A stretch of 64,000 bases of DNA from Mobula hypostoma. Lineage: Eukaryota. Position numbers and translations under genes: made by a program. Below are positions 1-12,384 of this stretch, piece by piece. The notes below the pieces were generated by a model. The model was not told the DNA's origin and searched no databases. It saw only the letters and a program-made list of their open reading frames with translations. The stretch is from contig NC_086097.1 in the NCBI RefSeq assembly GCF_963921235.1, positions 144,152,001 to 144,216,000 of the forward strand, read 5' to 3'. Each line of letters opens with the position of its first letter. Position 1 is the first letter of the stretch.

Positions 1-199
1 GTGGTTGTGCTGGCTCCGGCCTGACTTGAGGTGCCAGCGCGTTAGGCGTCAGTAGTCCCTCGTGCGTGTGCGTCGCGCCTGGTATGGGAGTGTCATGTGG
101 TGTCTGTGTAGGGCTTGAAGTGAGCGGTGTCTCATGGGTATATATATCGGTGGATACAGGGTTAATAGTCACCAAGGAGTGTTCAGAGTAGGGGCCCGG

Positions 200-1060
200 T
201 GCTCCTGCAGGTGCCAGGTCGCGGATGGAGACCGTGTTCTCCCGTCCATCAGGTAAAACCACATAGGCATACTGGGGGTTCGCATGAAGTAAGTGAACCC
301 TCTCGACCATCGGGGAGTATTTATTGCTCCTCGCATGTTTCCGGAGCAGCACTGGCCCCGGGGACGTCAGCCAAGTTGGTAGGGAGGTCCCAGGGGTCGA
401 CTTTCTGGGAAAAGAAAAGAGTTGCTCATGAGGGGTGGCATTGGTGGACGTGCGTAACAGGGAGCAGATGGAGTGGACGCCTTGGGAAGGACCTCCTGCC
501 AGCGGGAGACCGGCAGTCCCTTTGACCTGAGGGCTAAGAGTGTGGCCTTCCACACTGTGGCATTCTCCTTCTCCACCTGTCCATTTCCCCGGGGGATTAT
601 AGCTCGTGGTCCTACTAGCTGCAATACCCCTAGCCAGCAGGTATTGGCACAGCTCGTCACTCATAAACGAGGATCCTGTATCACTGTGTATATAGCATGG
701 GTATCCGAACAGAGTGAAGAGCTTGTGCAGGGCTTTTATAACTGACGTGGTAGTTGTATCGGGGCAGGGGATGGCGAAGGGGAACCGCGAGTACTTGTCG
801 ATAACGTTAAGAAAGTACACATTGCAGTCGGTGGAGGGAAGGGGGCCCTTAAAGTCAACGCTCAGTCGCTCAAAGCGACGGGTGGCCTTGATTAGTTGTG
901 CCTCTTCGGGTCGGTAGAAGTGCGGTTTGCACTCTGCGCAGACTTGGCAGTCCCTGGTCATTGTCCTGATCTCCTCAAGGAAGTAAGGCAGGTTCCGGGC
1001 TTTCACGAAGAGGAAAAGCCGGGTGACCCCCGGGTGGCAAAGATCTACATGTAGGGAAGT
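200..1060 (-). pseudogene. Gypsy integrase domain (disrupted)
   Basis: HHCC zinc-finger remnant, DFKGP, IDKYSRFPFA and GNGQVE motifs on the minus strand across frameshifts. Confidence 0.88.
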
Positions 1061-1099
1061 ATAGCTGGTCGATCTGCGCGCTGGCGCACATTCCCCGGG

Positions 1100-1745
1100 A
1101 TAGGGCATCGGAGGGCTCGTTGAGCTTCCCAGGCCTGTACATGATGTCATAGTTGTAGGTGGAGAGTTCGATTCTCCACCTCAGAATTTTATCATTTTTG
1201 ATTTTGCCCCGCTGTTAGTTACTAAACATGAATGCGACTGAGCGCTGGTCAGTCAGCAGGGTGAACTTTTTGCCAGGGAGATTGTGCCTCCAGTGCCTAA
1301 TAGCTTCCACTATGGCCTGGGCCTCTTTCTCCACCGTGGAGTGCCGAATTTCAGGGTCTTGAAGGGTACGGGAGAAGAACGCCACCGGTCTTCCCGCCTG
1401 GTTGAGGGTAGCAGCCAGCGCGAAGTCGGAGGCGTCACTTTCTACTTGGAAAGGAATGGCCTTGTCCACCGCATGCATTGCTGCTTTGGCAATGTCCCCT
1501 TTAATGCAGCTGAAGGCCACGCGGGCCTCAGCTGAGAGGGGAAATGTGGTGGACTTGACCGGGGGGCAGGCCTTGTCTGTGTAGTTAGAGACCCATTGGG
1601 CGTGATATGAAAAGAAGCCCAGGCACCTTTTGAGGGCTCTGAGGGTGTTGGGAAGAGGGAGTTCCAACAGGGGGTCGAGGTCAGGGCCAATGACTCCGTT
1701 CTCCACGACACACCCAAGGATAGCAAGTAGGGTGGTTCCAAACAC
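1100..1745 (-). pseudogene. Gypsy connection/RNase H domain (disrupted)
   Basis: ORF 1215-1745 with DAS, EKE and TDQ motifs; reading continues past a stop as KIKNDKILRWRIELSTYNYDIMYRPG. Confidence 0.9.
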
Positions 1746-2300
1746 ACACTTGTCCTTGTTATAGGTGAGATTGAAAGCTTTGGCCGCTTGGAAAAAATTT
1801 TTGGAGGTTGTTGTTGTGATCCTGCCGGTCGTGACCGCAGATGGTGATGTTATCCAGATATGGGAACGTGGCCTTCAGTTGGCACTGGTCCACCATCTGG
1901 TCCATTTCCCTCTCGAAGACAGATACACCATTCGTGATACTGAAGGGGATGCACAGGAATTGATAAAGCCTGCCGTCCGCCTCGAAGGCGGTGTAAGGGC
2001 GGTCCTCCTGGCGGATGGGGAGCTGATGGTAAGTGGACTTTAGGTCTATTGTCGAGTACACCTTGTACTATGCTATCTGATTGACCATATCCGTGATGCG
2101 GGGTAGAGGGTACGTGTCGAGCTGCGTGAACCTATTGATGGTCTGGCTATAGTCCACGACCATCCTATTTTTCTTCCCGTTCCAAACAACAACCACCTGC
2201 GCCCTCCAAGGACTTGTGCTTGCCTCAATGACCCCCTCCCTCAGCAGCTGCTGCACCTCCGACTTAATGAAGGCTCTGTCCCCCGCGCTGTACCTCCTGC
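1745..2300 (-). pseudogene. Gypsy reverse transcriptase domain (disrupted)
   Basis: ORFs 2068-2256 and 1759-2061; catalytic YLDD appears as YLDN; in-frame stop between the two ORFs and a frameshift near 1800. Confidence 0.9.
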
Positions 2301-2826
2301 CAATCGCTGAACTGACACTGCTCAGCCAACTTCTTCAATTCAACCATGAATGCTGAAATGGACTCCCCTTTCTTTTGATTCCATTTATGAATCCTAAAGA
2401 GTTTTGCAATCAACAGTGGTTTTAGTTCTAAAACAATATCATCAATGTTCATCTCAGCTGGTTTGGTTGGAGCAGTTAAACCTCTAAGCAAACTGCAAGC
2501 TCCTCTACCTACACGCAGCCATTTGCATAAAATACTGCTCAATTCACTCAGTTCGTACATCATCCAGTTATCCTTTGTGCAATCAACCACATCTACCTTT
2601 CAGATGTAGGCCTCCATTTCAGCTTTTTGTTTATTTCTGATTATTATCAATGGTACTCAGTTTATGAATCCATGAATTTTGTCCATTTTCTGCCTTTTTT
2701 TAACTTGACCATCTCCATCCCTTCCTAAAGAAGCACTTGCTGCACTTTTTTAAAACTTGATTGTCTCGCTGCACTTCAACAGGTAAGTAGTTGTCTCAGT
2801 TTTGCTTAAAGTTTCTTCATCACCAC
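2301..2826 (-). mobile_element. gag: Gypsy leader plus N-terminal gag fragment of a second, AT-rich family
   Basis: ORF 2264-2590 contains LLRGLTAPTKPAE...NQKKGESISAFMVELKKLAEQCQF, typical of Gypsy Gag. PBS-like TGGTGATGAAG at 2815-2825 lies one base inside the LTR end. Confidence 0.8.
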
Positions 2827-3068
2827 TGTTACGCTTTGTAACTCCAAAAATTAAGTGAAAGGAAAGTATGCGGAGACCGGGATAAATGTGTGGACTTTGT
2901 TTTTACTTTTAGCAAGGGATGCACATATATGACAGGGTAGCATGATGACATATGCCATTCACTTACTTTTACATATACCTGTAATGAATTATGTAAACAA
3001 AGAATGTTTAATCAAACAATATGTTTGCAATATTATTGGAAAATTCCTGAAAGATTGAATACACAACA
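2827..3068 (-). mobile_element. 5' LTR (~242 bp) of the Gypsy gag-bearing element
   Basis: Minus strand reads TGTTGTGTAT...TTACAAAGCGTAACA (TG..CA ends), followed by a PBS-like motif. Homologous to 36501-36742. Confidence 0.8.
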
Positions 3069-3289
3069 ATAATGTTGTGTTAACCACTATGATACCATGG
3101 TGCTAAGAGGAAACTGAATTGTTTATGCAGTTGATTGCGAAAGAAAGGTTCCCTCTTGTTCCATTAAAAACATCTTGGCCCGACTGATATTCTATTGAAG
3201 AGATTTCTATAATACATGTACCTATGGCCAACCTGAGCTTTCACATGGCACACAGAAAACTTGGGCTCCATTTACTTTGGTCCTCAACT

Positions 3290-6253
3290 GGGGTGTGGGA
3301 ACTGAACTGATGTGATGGAGGAAAGGGAGGTTGGCTCACAAATAGAGAAAGTTTGGAGACAGTGCAAAAGGGAGGAGAGGCAGGTGATAGAGACGGAACG
3401 CGCTCAGACCGATGGTTTGAGATGTGTCTGTTTTAATGCGAGGAGTATCATGAATAAAGCGGATGAGTTTAGAGCGTGGATCAGCACTTGAAGCTATGAT
3501 GTTGTGGCCATTACAGAGACTTAGATGGTGCAGGGGCAGAAATGGTTACTTCAAGTGCCAGACTTTAGATGTTTCAGAAAGGACATGGAGGGAGGCAAAA
3601 GAGGTGGGGGCGTGGCACTATTGATCAGAGATAGTGTCACAGCTGCAGAAAAGGAAGAAGTCATGGAGGGGTTGTCTACGGAGTCTCTGTGGGTGGAAGT
3701 TAGGAATAGGAAGGGGTCAATAACTCTACTGGGTGGTTTTTTATAGACCACCCAATAGTAGCAGGGAGATCGAGGAGCAGATAGGGAGACAGATTCTGGA
3801 AATCTGTCTCTATAATAACAGAGTTGTTGTGGTGGAAAATTTTAATTTCCCAAATATTAATTGGCATCTCCCTAGAGTGAGTGGTTTAGATGGGGTGGAG
3901 TTTGTTAGGTGTGTTCAGGAAGGTTTCTTAACACAATATGTAGATAAGCCGACAAGAGGAAAAGCTGTACTTGATCTGGTATTGGGAAATGAACCTGGTC
4001 AGGTGTCAGGTATCTCAGTAGGAGAACATTTTGTAGATAGTGATCACAATTCTATCTCCTTTACCATTGCATTGGAGAGGGTTAGGAACAGACAAGTTAG
4101 GGAAATGTTTAATTGGAGTAAGGGGAACCATGAGGTTATCAGGTAGGAACTTGGAAGCATAAATTGGAAACAGATGGTCTCAGGGATATGTACTGAAGGA
4201 ATGTGGCAAATGTTCAGGGGATATTTGCGTGGGGTTTTGAGTAGGTACGTTCCAATGAGACATGGAAAGGATGGTAGTGTACAAGATCCGTGGTGCACAA
4301 AGGCTGTTGTAAATCTAGTCAAGAAGAGCTTACGAAAGGTTCAAAAACTAGGTAATGATATGAATCTAGAGGATTATAAGGGTAGCAGGAAGGAGCTTAA
4401 GAATGAAATTAGGAGAGCCAGAAGGGGCTGTGAGGAGGCCTTGGCGGACAGGATTAAGGAAAACCCCAAGGCATTCTACAAGTATATGAAGAGAAAGATA
4501 AGATGTGAGAGAATAGTGTGACAAGTGTGACAACGGAAAAGTGTGTATGGAACTGGAGGAAATAGCGGAGGTACTTAATGAATACTTTGTTTCAGTGTTC
4601 ACTACGGAAAAGGATCTTGGTGATTGTAGGGATGACTTGCAGCGACTGAAAAGCTTGAGAATGTAGATATTAAGAAGGAAGATGTGCTGGAGCTTTTGGA
4701 AAGCATCAAATTAGTTAAGTCACCGGGACCAGATGGGGTGTACCCCAGGCTACTGTGGGAGGCGAGGGAGGAGATTGCTGAACTTCTGGCAAAGAGCTTT
4801 GCACCATCAATAAGGACTGGAGAGGTTCCAGAGGATTGGAGGGTTGTGGATGTTGTTCCCTTATTCAAGAAAGGGAGTAGAGATAGCCAAGGAAATTATA
4901 GACCAGTGAGTCTTACTTCAGTGGTTGGTAAGTTGATGGAGAAGATCCTGAGAGGCAGGATTTATGAACATTTGGAAAGGCATAATATGATTAGGAATAG
5001 TCAGCATGGCTTTGTGAAAGGCAGGTCATGCCTTATGAGCCTGATTAAATTTTTTGAGGATGTGACTAAACACATTGATTAAGGTAGAGCCGTAGATGTA
5101 GCATATATGGATTTTAGCAAGGCATTTGATAAGGTACCCTATGCACGACTTATTGAGAAAGTAAGGAGACAAGGGGATATTGGTTTATGGATCCAGAACT
5201 GGCTTGCCCACAGAAGGCAAAGAGTGGTTGTAGACAGGTCATATTCTGCATGGAGGTTAGTGACCAGTGGTGTGCCTCAGGAATCTGATCTGGGACCCCT
5301 ACTCTTTGTGATTTTCATAAATGATCTGGATAAGGAAGTGGAGGGATGGGTTAGTAAATTTGCTGATGACACAAAGGTTGGGGGTGTTGTGGAATGTGTG
5401 GAGGGCTGTCAGAGGTACAGCGGGACATTGATAGGATGCAAAACTGGGCTGAGAAGTGGCAGATGGAGTTCAACCCAGATCAGTGTGAGATCGTTCATTT
5501 TGGTAGATCAAATATGATGGCAGAATATAGTATTAATGGTAAGACTTTTGGCAGTGTGGAGGATCAGAGGGATCTTGGGGTCCGAGTCCATAGGACACTC
5601 AAAGCTGATACGCAGGTTGACTCTGTGGTTAAGAAGGCATACGGTGCATTTGCCTTCATCAATAGTGGGATTGAGTTTAAGAGCAGAAAGGTAATGTTGC
5701 AGCATATAGGACTTGGTCAGACCCCACTTGGAGTACTGTGCTACAGGAAGGATGTGGAAACCATAGAAAGGGTGCAGAGGAGATTTACAAGGATGCTGCC
5801 TGGATTAGGGAGCATGCCTTATGAGAATAGGTTGAGTGAACTTGGCCTTTTCTCTATGTAGTGCTGGAGGATGAAAGGTGACTTGATATAGGTGTACAAG
5901 ATAATGAGAGGCATTGATCGTGTGGATAGTCAGAGGCTTTTCCCCAGGGCTGAAGTGGCTAGCACGAGAGGGCATAGTTTTAAGGTGCTTGGAAGTAGGT
6001 ACAGAGCAGATGCCAGGGGTAAGTTTTTTACGCAGAGAGTGGTGAGTGTGTGGAATGGACTGCCAGCGGTGGTGGTGGAGGTGGAAACGATAGGGTCTTT
6101 TAAGAGACTCCTGAATAGGTGCATGGAGCTTAGAAATCTAGAGGGCTGTGGGTAAGCCTAGGTATTTCTAATATAAGGACATGTTTGGCATGGCTTTGTG
6201 AGGCCGAAGGGCCTGTATTGTGCTGTATGTTTTTTTATGTTTCTGTGTTTCTA
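3290..6253 (+). mobile_element. CR1-clade LINE, near-complete ORF2 (APE endonuclease + RT) and 3' UTR, disrupted
   Basis: APE motifs (FNARSI, GGGVALL, YRPPN, FNFPNINW, LDLVL, SDHN); RT motifs (KSPGPDG, GNYRPVSLTS, QHGF, DFSKAFDKV, GVPQ, KFADD); C-terminal TRGHS/FFTQRVV; (TTCTATG)-like tail. Several stops and frameshifts. Confidence 0.95.
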
Positions 6254-7094
6254 TCCACTCACTGCTTGCACAACTCCGAGGATATTCATTGAAATGGAAT
6301 TGCTGAATTTCATTCTCCTGTTCCTATTTTCAAAGGGTTGTGGGCAAGGGAATATTGTAAGAATCTGCAGTACGAGTAAATGGGTCCTGCTGACATGGGA
6401 CTATTTAAAAAGAACTAAATGTTAACTACTTCTATCCCATCTTCACATGACTTTCAACGTGGCACTGGCTATGACAATGGGATTGAAATTAGGTGTCTAT
6501 TCCTGGAAGGCATGCTGCCTCTGACTCATAGGCCATGATGCAGACTTGCCTGTACTGACCCTCCTTTTTGATGTTGGTTGCTGACACTTGCATTTGTCAG
6601 AATGCCAGTAAATCACATTGTTCTTTCTCTGATTGTTTCGGGCTATGGGCGGTCAGTGCTGACCTCATAATGATATTACATCAGGGAGTTCTGCTCTGTG
6701 GGTCTGCAGCCTATGTGAGGTTGAGATTTCAATCATGATACCATAATCAGTCCGAGAAGTGAAATTGATTTCAAGTGCTTGCTCAATATAGATAAAAGTA
6801 AACAATTAACCCATATTATACCCTGTGTGATTTTTCTTTCCATAATAGAAAGTTAGATCTGAATAAGTGTAAAAAAGGCTAACTATTTTGTTTACTGCCC
6901 TGAACTATCTTTGCTCTCAGCTTCTTCATTTTGAATGTAACTTGGAGAATTCCCAAGTATCATGTTCCATGAGTTGTACAATTTATTCTGTTGTGCAATA
7001 TTTATGCAATTTGGTGCTGGAGTAGATATTGAACTTCTGAAAATGTATCTTCTGGCATCCAACACCAAATGCTACATGTTTTCTCTCTGGAGTT

Positions 7095-7500
7095 TGAGGC
7101 CCAGACATTGAAGCCTGGGGTCGACAAGATCCGGATTGATGAGTCCTGGGATCAATACCCAGAGGCTAAAGTGCCGAGGTTGGAGAGTCTGGGTGTCAAA
7201 GCCTGATGTCTTCAAGTCTGAGAGTTTGGGGACAAAGACTGAAGGTTGGAGGCATGGGGGCAGCCTGTGTGTGTGGGTGAGTAAGTAGGATGGTGGGAAG
7301 GAGACTTATTTGTCTATTGTTATTTTGTTGTTGTTGTTGCTTGTGTTGTTCTATGAACACTGTGGGTAAGCTATGTTGACATCGGAATGTGTGGCGATCC
7401 TTGCGGGCTGCCCCCCAGCACACCCATAAGCTGTGCAGATTGTCAACACAAATGACATATTTCACTGTATGATTCAATGTACTGATCTGAATCTGAATCT
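7095..7500 (+). repeat. Non-autonomous retroposon 3' part with (CTGAAT)n tail
   Basis: Ends ...CTGATCTGAATCTGAATCT; its last ~150 bp resembles, in inverted orientation, the tail of the SINE at 7742-8035. Confidence 0.55.
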
Positions 7501-7741
7501 TAACTATCTGTAATATTACTGCAGTTGAGGTCTAGCTTGTCCGTAGTTTTTAAAATTCCTGCTTTGGCAGATTTTCCTTGGAGAACTTATGAGGATGAAG
7601 AGGCATTTGGAATATTTTATGAGATTGGATTCACTGTTCATTGTTGTTAGTAAGAGAGACTTGGCACTCTCCATGTCACCAGCTTTGAAAGCCAATGAAG
7701 GAATTTTTAATGTGACCAGCATGGTTAAAACAAGCATAAGA

Positions 7742-8035
7742 GAGATTAACTTTATTTGTCATGTACGTTGAAACATACAATGAAATACATTGTTTGTTTC
7801 AAATCAAATCAGCAAGGATTGTGCTGGGCAGACCACAAGTGTTACCATCCTTCCAGTACCAACATAGTAAGTCCACAACCCAATAATCCTAACCGTACAT
7901 CTCTGGAATATGGGAGGAAACTGAAGCACCTGGACAAAACCCATGCAGTGATGGGGAGAACATACAAACTTTTAATTAAACCCCAATCTTACAGCCAGCA
8001 CTATAAAGCATTGTATTAACTACTACGCCACCAAG
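7742..8035 (-). mobile_element. tRNA-derived SINE
   Basis: Minus strand starts GGTGGCGTAGTAGTTAA (A-box-like) and has the central AGTTTGTATGTTCTCCCC...GGTGCTTCAGTTTCCTCCCA domain shared with the other SINE copies here. Confidence 0.75.
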
Positions 8036-8679
8036 TATCACAGCTCTACTAAACGTCGAAGTTTGATGCTAACTGTTGGGTTGAGGAGGAAAGCTAGCTT
8101 GATGACAATGATTGTGCATTTCAACGGCAGAAAACTCCCAATAGTAGCAGCAGCAGTGGCATCATTGATCCCCACCAGAAGCACATGAAGCTTTGCTTTG
8201 CCTTGCCATCCAGAGGGTAAAGCCTTGCTAAATGACAATATTTCTGAGGTGGGAGTGATATTCCCTTCTCCATGTTGCTGAGTTTGGCACCAAACAGTTA
8301 CAGTTATATCAAACAGCAGTTTTGCTTCTTTCTGCAGCTCAAGGTTCCTCATGACTGTCAGCCTTGCACAAGAGCCAAGAATCTTAGTTAGTCCTCACCA
8401 GGCTGCTGAAGTTTCAATTCATCATTGTAGTAAAGTATTAAGTTACCACTTAAATTGTATTAACCGTCTCCTGTTCTAAACAGTTTTGAAAAGGATCAAT
8501 TTTAGTTCCTTCTTGGTATATAATTCATTACAGTGACAGTAGTTAGTACTTTGGTGAAGTGAATGATTGACTAGAATTCAAACCCGTACTTCTTTTCTTT
8601 GTTATACAATATTCTAATTCTGCATAGATTCCTACTAATAGTGACACATTATGAACACTTTTCATTTATTAATAATACT

Positions 8680-9460
8680 TTCAAGTCCCTTCATCCAAGT
8701 CGTTAATGTAGATTGTAAATAGTTGAGGCTCCAGCACTGATCCTTGTGGTATCACATTTGCCAACCAGAATGTGACCCATATGTCCCTCATCTCTAGTTT
8801 CTGCTATTTGGCTATTTTCTTTTCATACGGTCATAGAGAAGTACAGCACAGAAACAGGCCCTTTAGCCTATCTAGTCCATGCCAAAAGCCATTTGAACTG
8901 CCTACTCTCAATGACCTGCACCAGGACCACAGCCGTTTGAAACTCTTCTATCCATGTACCTATCCAAACTTCTCTTAAATGCTGAAATTGAGCTCACATG
9001 GATCACTTGTGCTGGCATCCCATTCCACGCTCTCTCTGAGTGAAGAAGTTTCCCCTCATGTTCCCCTTAAGCTTTAATTGGTACAGCATCACCAATGGCT
9101 TATATAACTGCAACGTAAATCCCCATCTCCTATACTCAGTGTACTGACTGATGAAGGCCAGTGTGCCAAGTGCTTTCATCATCATCCCATCTACCTGTGA
9201 TGTCACTTCCGGTGAACTACGTTCTTGTACTCCTGGGTCCCTCTGTCCAATAACTTACACCATTCACTGCAGAAGTCCTACCCTGGTTTGAGCTCCCAAA
9301 ATGCAAGACCTCATATTTGTCTGGATTTAAAGCCATTTCCCAGTTCACCACCCACATAGCTAGTTGCTCAAGACCTTCCTAATAAATTTCTATAACCTTC
9401 TGCATCATGCACAACATTAGCTCTTTCAGAATGCCTGCAATCTTACCAGGAATGCCTTGA
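8680..9460 (-). mobile_element. Cluster of CR1 fragments
   Basis: RT fragment (PQGSVL..YINDLDEG) at 8680-8800, a 3' end at 8830-9075, and ORF 9003-9206 (ALGTLAFISQYTEYR..LQLYKPLV). Confidence 0.8.
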
Positions 9461-9789
9461 ACCTGAGTCACTGGCATTATAATAGCATCACATGAACCGC
9501 TACACTACAGAGCCACTTCATATTGTATATATTGTGTAAACTGTATTATGGAATTAGCTAAGGAACATTAGATCTGCCTATGTAGCGATGCAATAGGGTT
9601 AATTCAGATCATTAACCTGAAGTAACAGCTCTGTTTCTATTGCCCCAGATGCTTCCTGACATACTGAGTATTTCCAGCGTTTTTGGTTGAGGTATATCTG
9701 CCATAATAATACAGGACCATAATAAAATATCATTACATAATTAATACTGAATAATCAGTTTAAAATCCAACATTGACATTAAATGTCCT

Positions 9790-10390
9790 AGAGTGATAGA
9801 GTTATATAGCAGAGGAACAGACCTTTTAGGCCAGCTCTTCCATGCTGACCATATTGTCTGCCTGAGCTAGATGCACGTGGCTGCATTTGGCCCATATCCC
9901 TCTAAAACAGAGGTTTTGAACCTGAAGACCATGGATTCCTGGGTTAATGGTAGGGGTCCATGGCATAAAAAAGGCTGGGAACCATTGCTCTCAACCCTTG
10001 CTAGCTACATACCTAAATGTCTTTTTGAACATTGTAGTTGTGACAATCACATATGGTAGCTTCCTTAGCCAGTTTGAACCATATTGGTTACCATATGTGA
10101 GTAAGTTGACCCTCAGATTCCTCTTGAATATTTCCCATCTCACTATAAGCCTATGCACTCCAGGTTTAGACTTGCCAACCCTGGCAATTCATCTTATCTA
10201 CTGTATATGCGTCATGATTTTGTATGGTGATGCTGCAGCTTTCTATGCACCAGGGAAGAAAGTCTAACCTATCCAGCCTCTTATAACTCAAGACTTCCAG
10301 AGTCTATGGTATCTTTGTGGATCTCTCCTGCATCCTTTCCGGCTTACTGACATCATTCCTTTAGCTCAGAGACCAGAACTGCATACAGTA
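9790..10390 (-). mobile_element. Degenerate CR1 3' end interrupted by a MITE
   Basis: Similar to the other CR1 3' ends (GGCCCATATCCCTCT, AGACCAGAACTGCATACAGTA). Confidence 0.7.
9908..9987. mobile_element. 80-bp hAT (Charlie-like) MITE
   Basis: Imperfect TIRs CAGAGGTTTTGAACCT / AGGCTGGGAACCATTG; 8-bp flanks CTCTAAAA / CTCTCAAC; an inverted second copy lies at 23987-24067. Confidence 0.7.
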
Positions 10391-11469
10391 GGTCTGTTAA
10401 AGTTTTTTTTTGATGTGAACCAATTGAAAGTCAGGAATATTTTTTCAGTCTATAGAAATTATTGTAAAATGAAGCAAATTTTCTACTCTTGGGGTCAATA
10501 CTTTTAACATTTTTGTCTTTACTAAAGAAAGACATATTTCTCTTTGAGATAATGTGACAAAAATTCACACCTACCCTGACTCCTGAGATGCATGATATGC
10601 CCTGCGAAGAGAAATTGAATGGACAAAATCTATACTCCCTAACAGGGGTGGAAAACAAATGACACACAGAATTTTTTTTTGTGTTGTGTGGCATGCAGTG
10701 CATCCCTCAATTTCTTCAACCCCACACATAATAAAAAGATGCATAATGATTATTCCAACTGCCAAATGAAGCAACAAATGATTTTCAACAACCCGAGAGT
10801 AGTGAGATATTTTCACAGGAAATGTCTCATGCCAGTTTGGTGCCAGTTAGATGGTTGTGAGTGCATCTGACGTTAGATGATATGTTTTGAAGAACTTACA
10901 GACCAGGTGTACACATCAGTATTTGTATAATATACACTTATAGTATAGCATTGGCTTTGCTCTGCTGATATATTTGTGAGTGAATTCTGGTTGTTCAGTA
11001 ACCATAATGGTAAAAACTGTATGTAATTTTGGGCCTCCATTAATTCTTTTTTGCAATAAACGTATTTTATTTATATTAGTAAAACCATGTTATTCAAATT
11101 TATCTGTGGAATATTTATAAATCATAACTACCCTTTTCAGCTTGTTCAGATGTCAGATACACCATCAAAAAACAAAAACCATTCAAGTGATGGGAGAAGC
11201 AAGATTTTCCAAGAGTGATGGAGTGAAAGATTTGACATGACAAAGCATTATGCATCTTATGTTCTGAAAGAGTGTTGTGTAGGACTTCCTAATTGAAGTA
11301 TTGTGATGTTTAAGGTTATAGAAGTTGGGAGTAGAGTTTATAGCACAGAAGGAATACTGTCCACCCACCATATTTGCAATATAAACACCTTTCCACATAA
11401 ATACCATTTATTCTCTCACTGCCCGATAAGCTGACTGTACCCTACCGACCCCAAAGTTGTCAGCCACTG

Positions 11470-11672
11470 ACTTACACATAGGGTAATTTACAATAACCAA
11501 TTAACTCCAGCCATTTTTCTTTAGCATGGAGAGGAAAGTGCAGCACCTGGGGAAACACATGTAGACGTGGGAGAATTTGCAGAATTCGCACATGTAGTTT
11601 CCAAGCTTAGAACTGAGCTCAGGTCTCTGGAACTGTAAGGCATTAGTTTAACCAACTGCACCACTGTGGCTG
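11470..11672 (-). mobile_element. tRNA-derived SINE
   Basis: Minus strand starts CAGCCACAGTGGTGCAGTTGGTTAAA (A box), with a B-box-like region and the shared central domain. Confidence 0.7.
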
Positions 11673-12384
11673 GGCAACCATGACTGACACAAAACTGATG
11701 GCTTAGATTTTCAATGACTTCATGAAATAATCTCATGGGATTTTATGTCCATAAAGGGGACGTCTTTCACTATATAACATTGCTCTAGAGTATTAACCTA
11801 GATTTTCTGTTCAAAGGTCTGAAATGGGATTTAACCCACCACTTCTGATTTAGAGCACAAATATGAAGCTAGAGTTGCCATTGATATCCCACAGGCTACA
11901 CAGTGATGACTAGATAACACTGTCTCAGAATATGAGGACAATTCTTTGGCACTGTGATAAGCAGATGCAAAATTTGATAAACCCCGTTGAGAATGCTGTA
12001 AATTTTCAGTTATTTTTGTATATTCAAGACAGGCAACAACAATTTCTTTGGATACTAAGGTGATCAAAGGGTATGGGGATAGCACTTAAAGAAAGAGCTG
12101 AGGCAGAAGATCAGTTATGATATTGCATGGCCTTGTGGTGGCCGCATTGTGTGGGCTGGGTTGCAAGGAAGACTAAGCCTTAAGCCGTGAGCTTGCCTGT
12201 CGCAGTAGTCCAGGAGGGGAGATGTTGGCGGTGGCGTAGCGTGGTGTCCATGCTGGGCTGGAGTCTGGCCCCTCCTGGTGTGCTGCCCTCCAGTGTTTGA
12301 CTGATGGAATGACATACTGGATTGCGTACATGTGTGTATGCGTTACGTCCATCTACGGACTACTGAGAACTGCTTGACCTTGAA

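Larger units (their letters stand above)
1..2300 (-). mobile_element. pol: Ty3/Gypsy LTR retrotransposon pol (RT-RNase H-integrase), frameshifted, runs off the window start
   Basis: Minus-strand translations give RT (EGVIEASTSPWRAQVVVV, RMVVDYS, YSTIDLKSTYHQL, FPYLDNITI), RNase H (VESDASDFALAATLNQAGRPVAFFSRTL, EKEAQAIV, TDQRS) and integrase (LCHPG..CQVC, SVDFKGP, HSDTGSSF, GNGQVEKEN). RT-RH-INT order is Gypsy-type. Confidence 0.93.
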
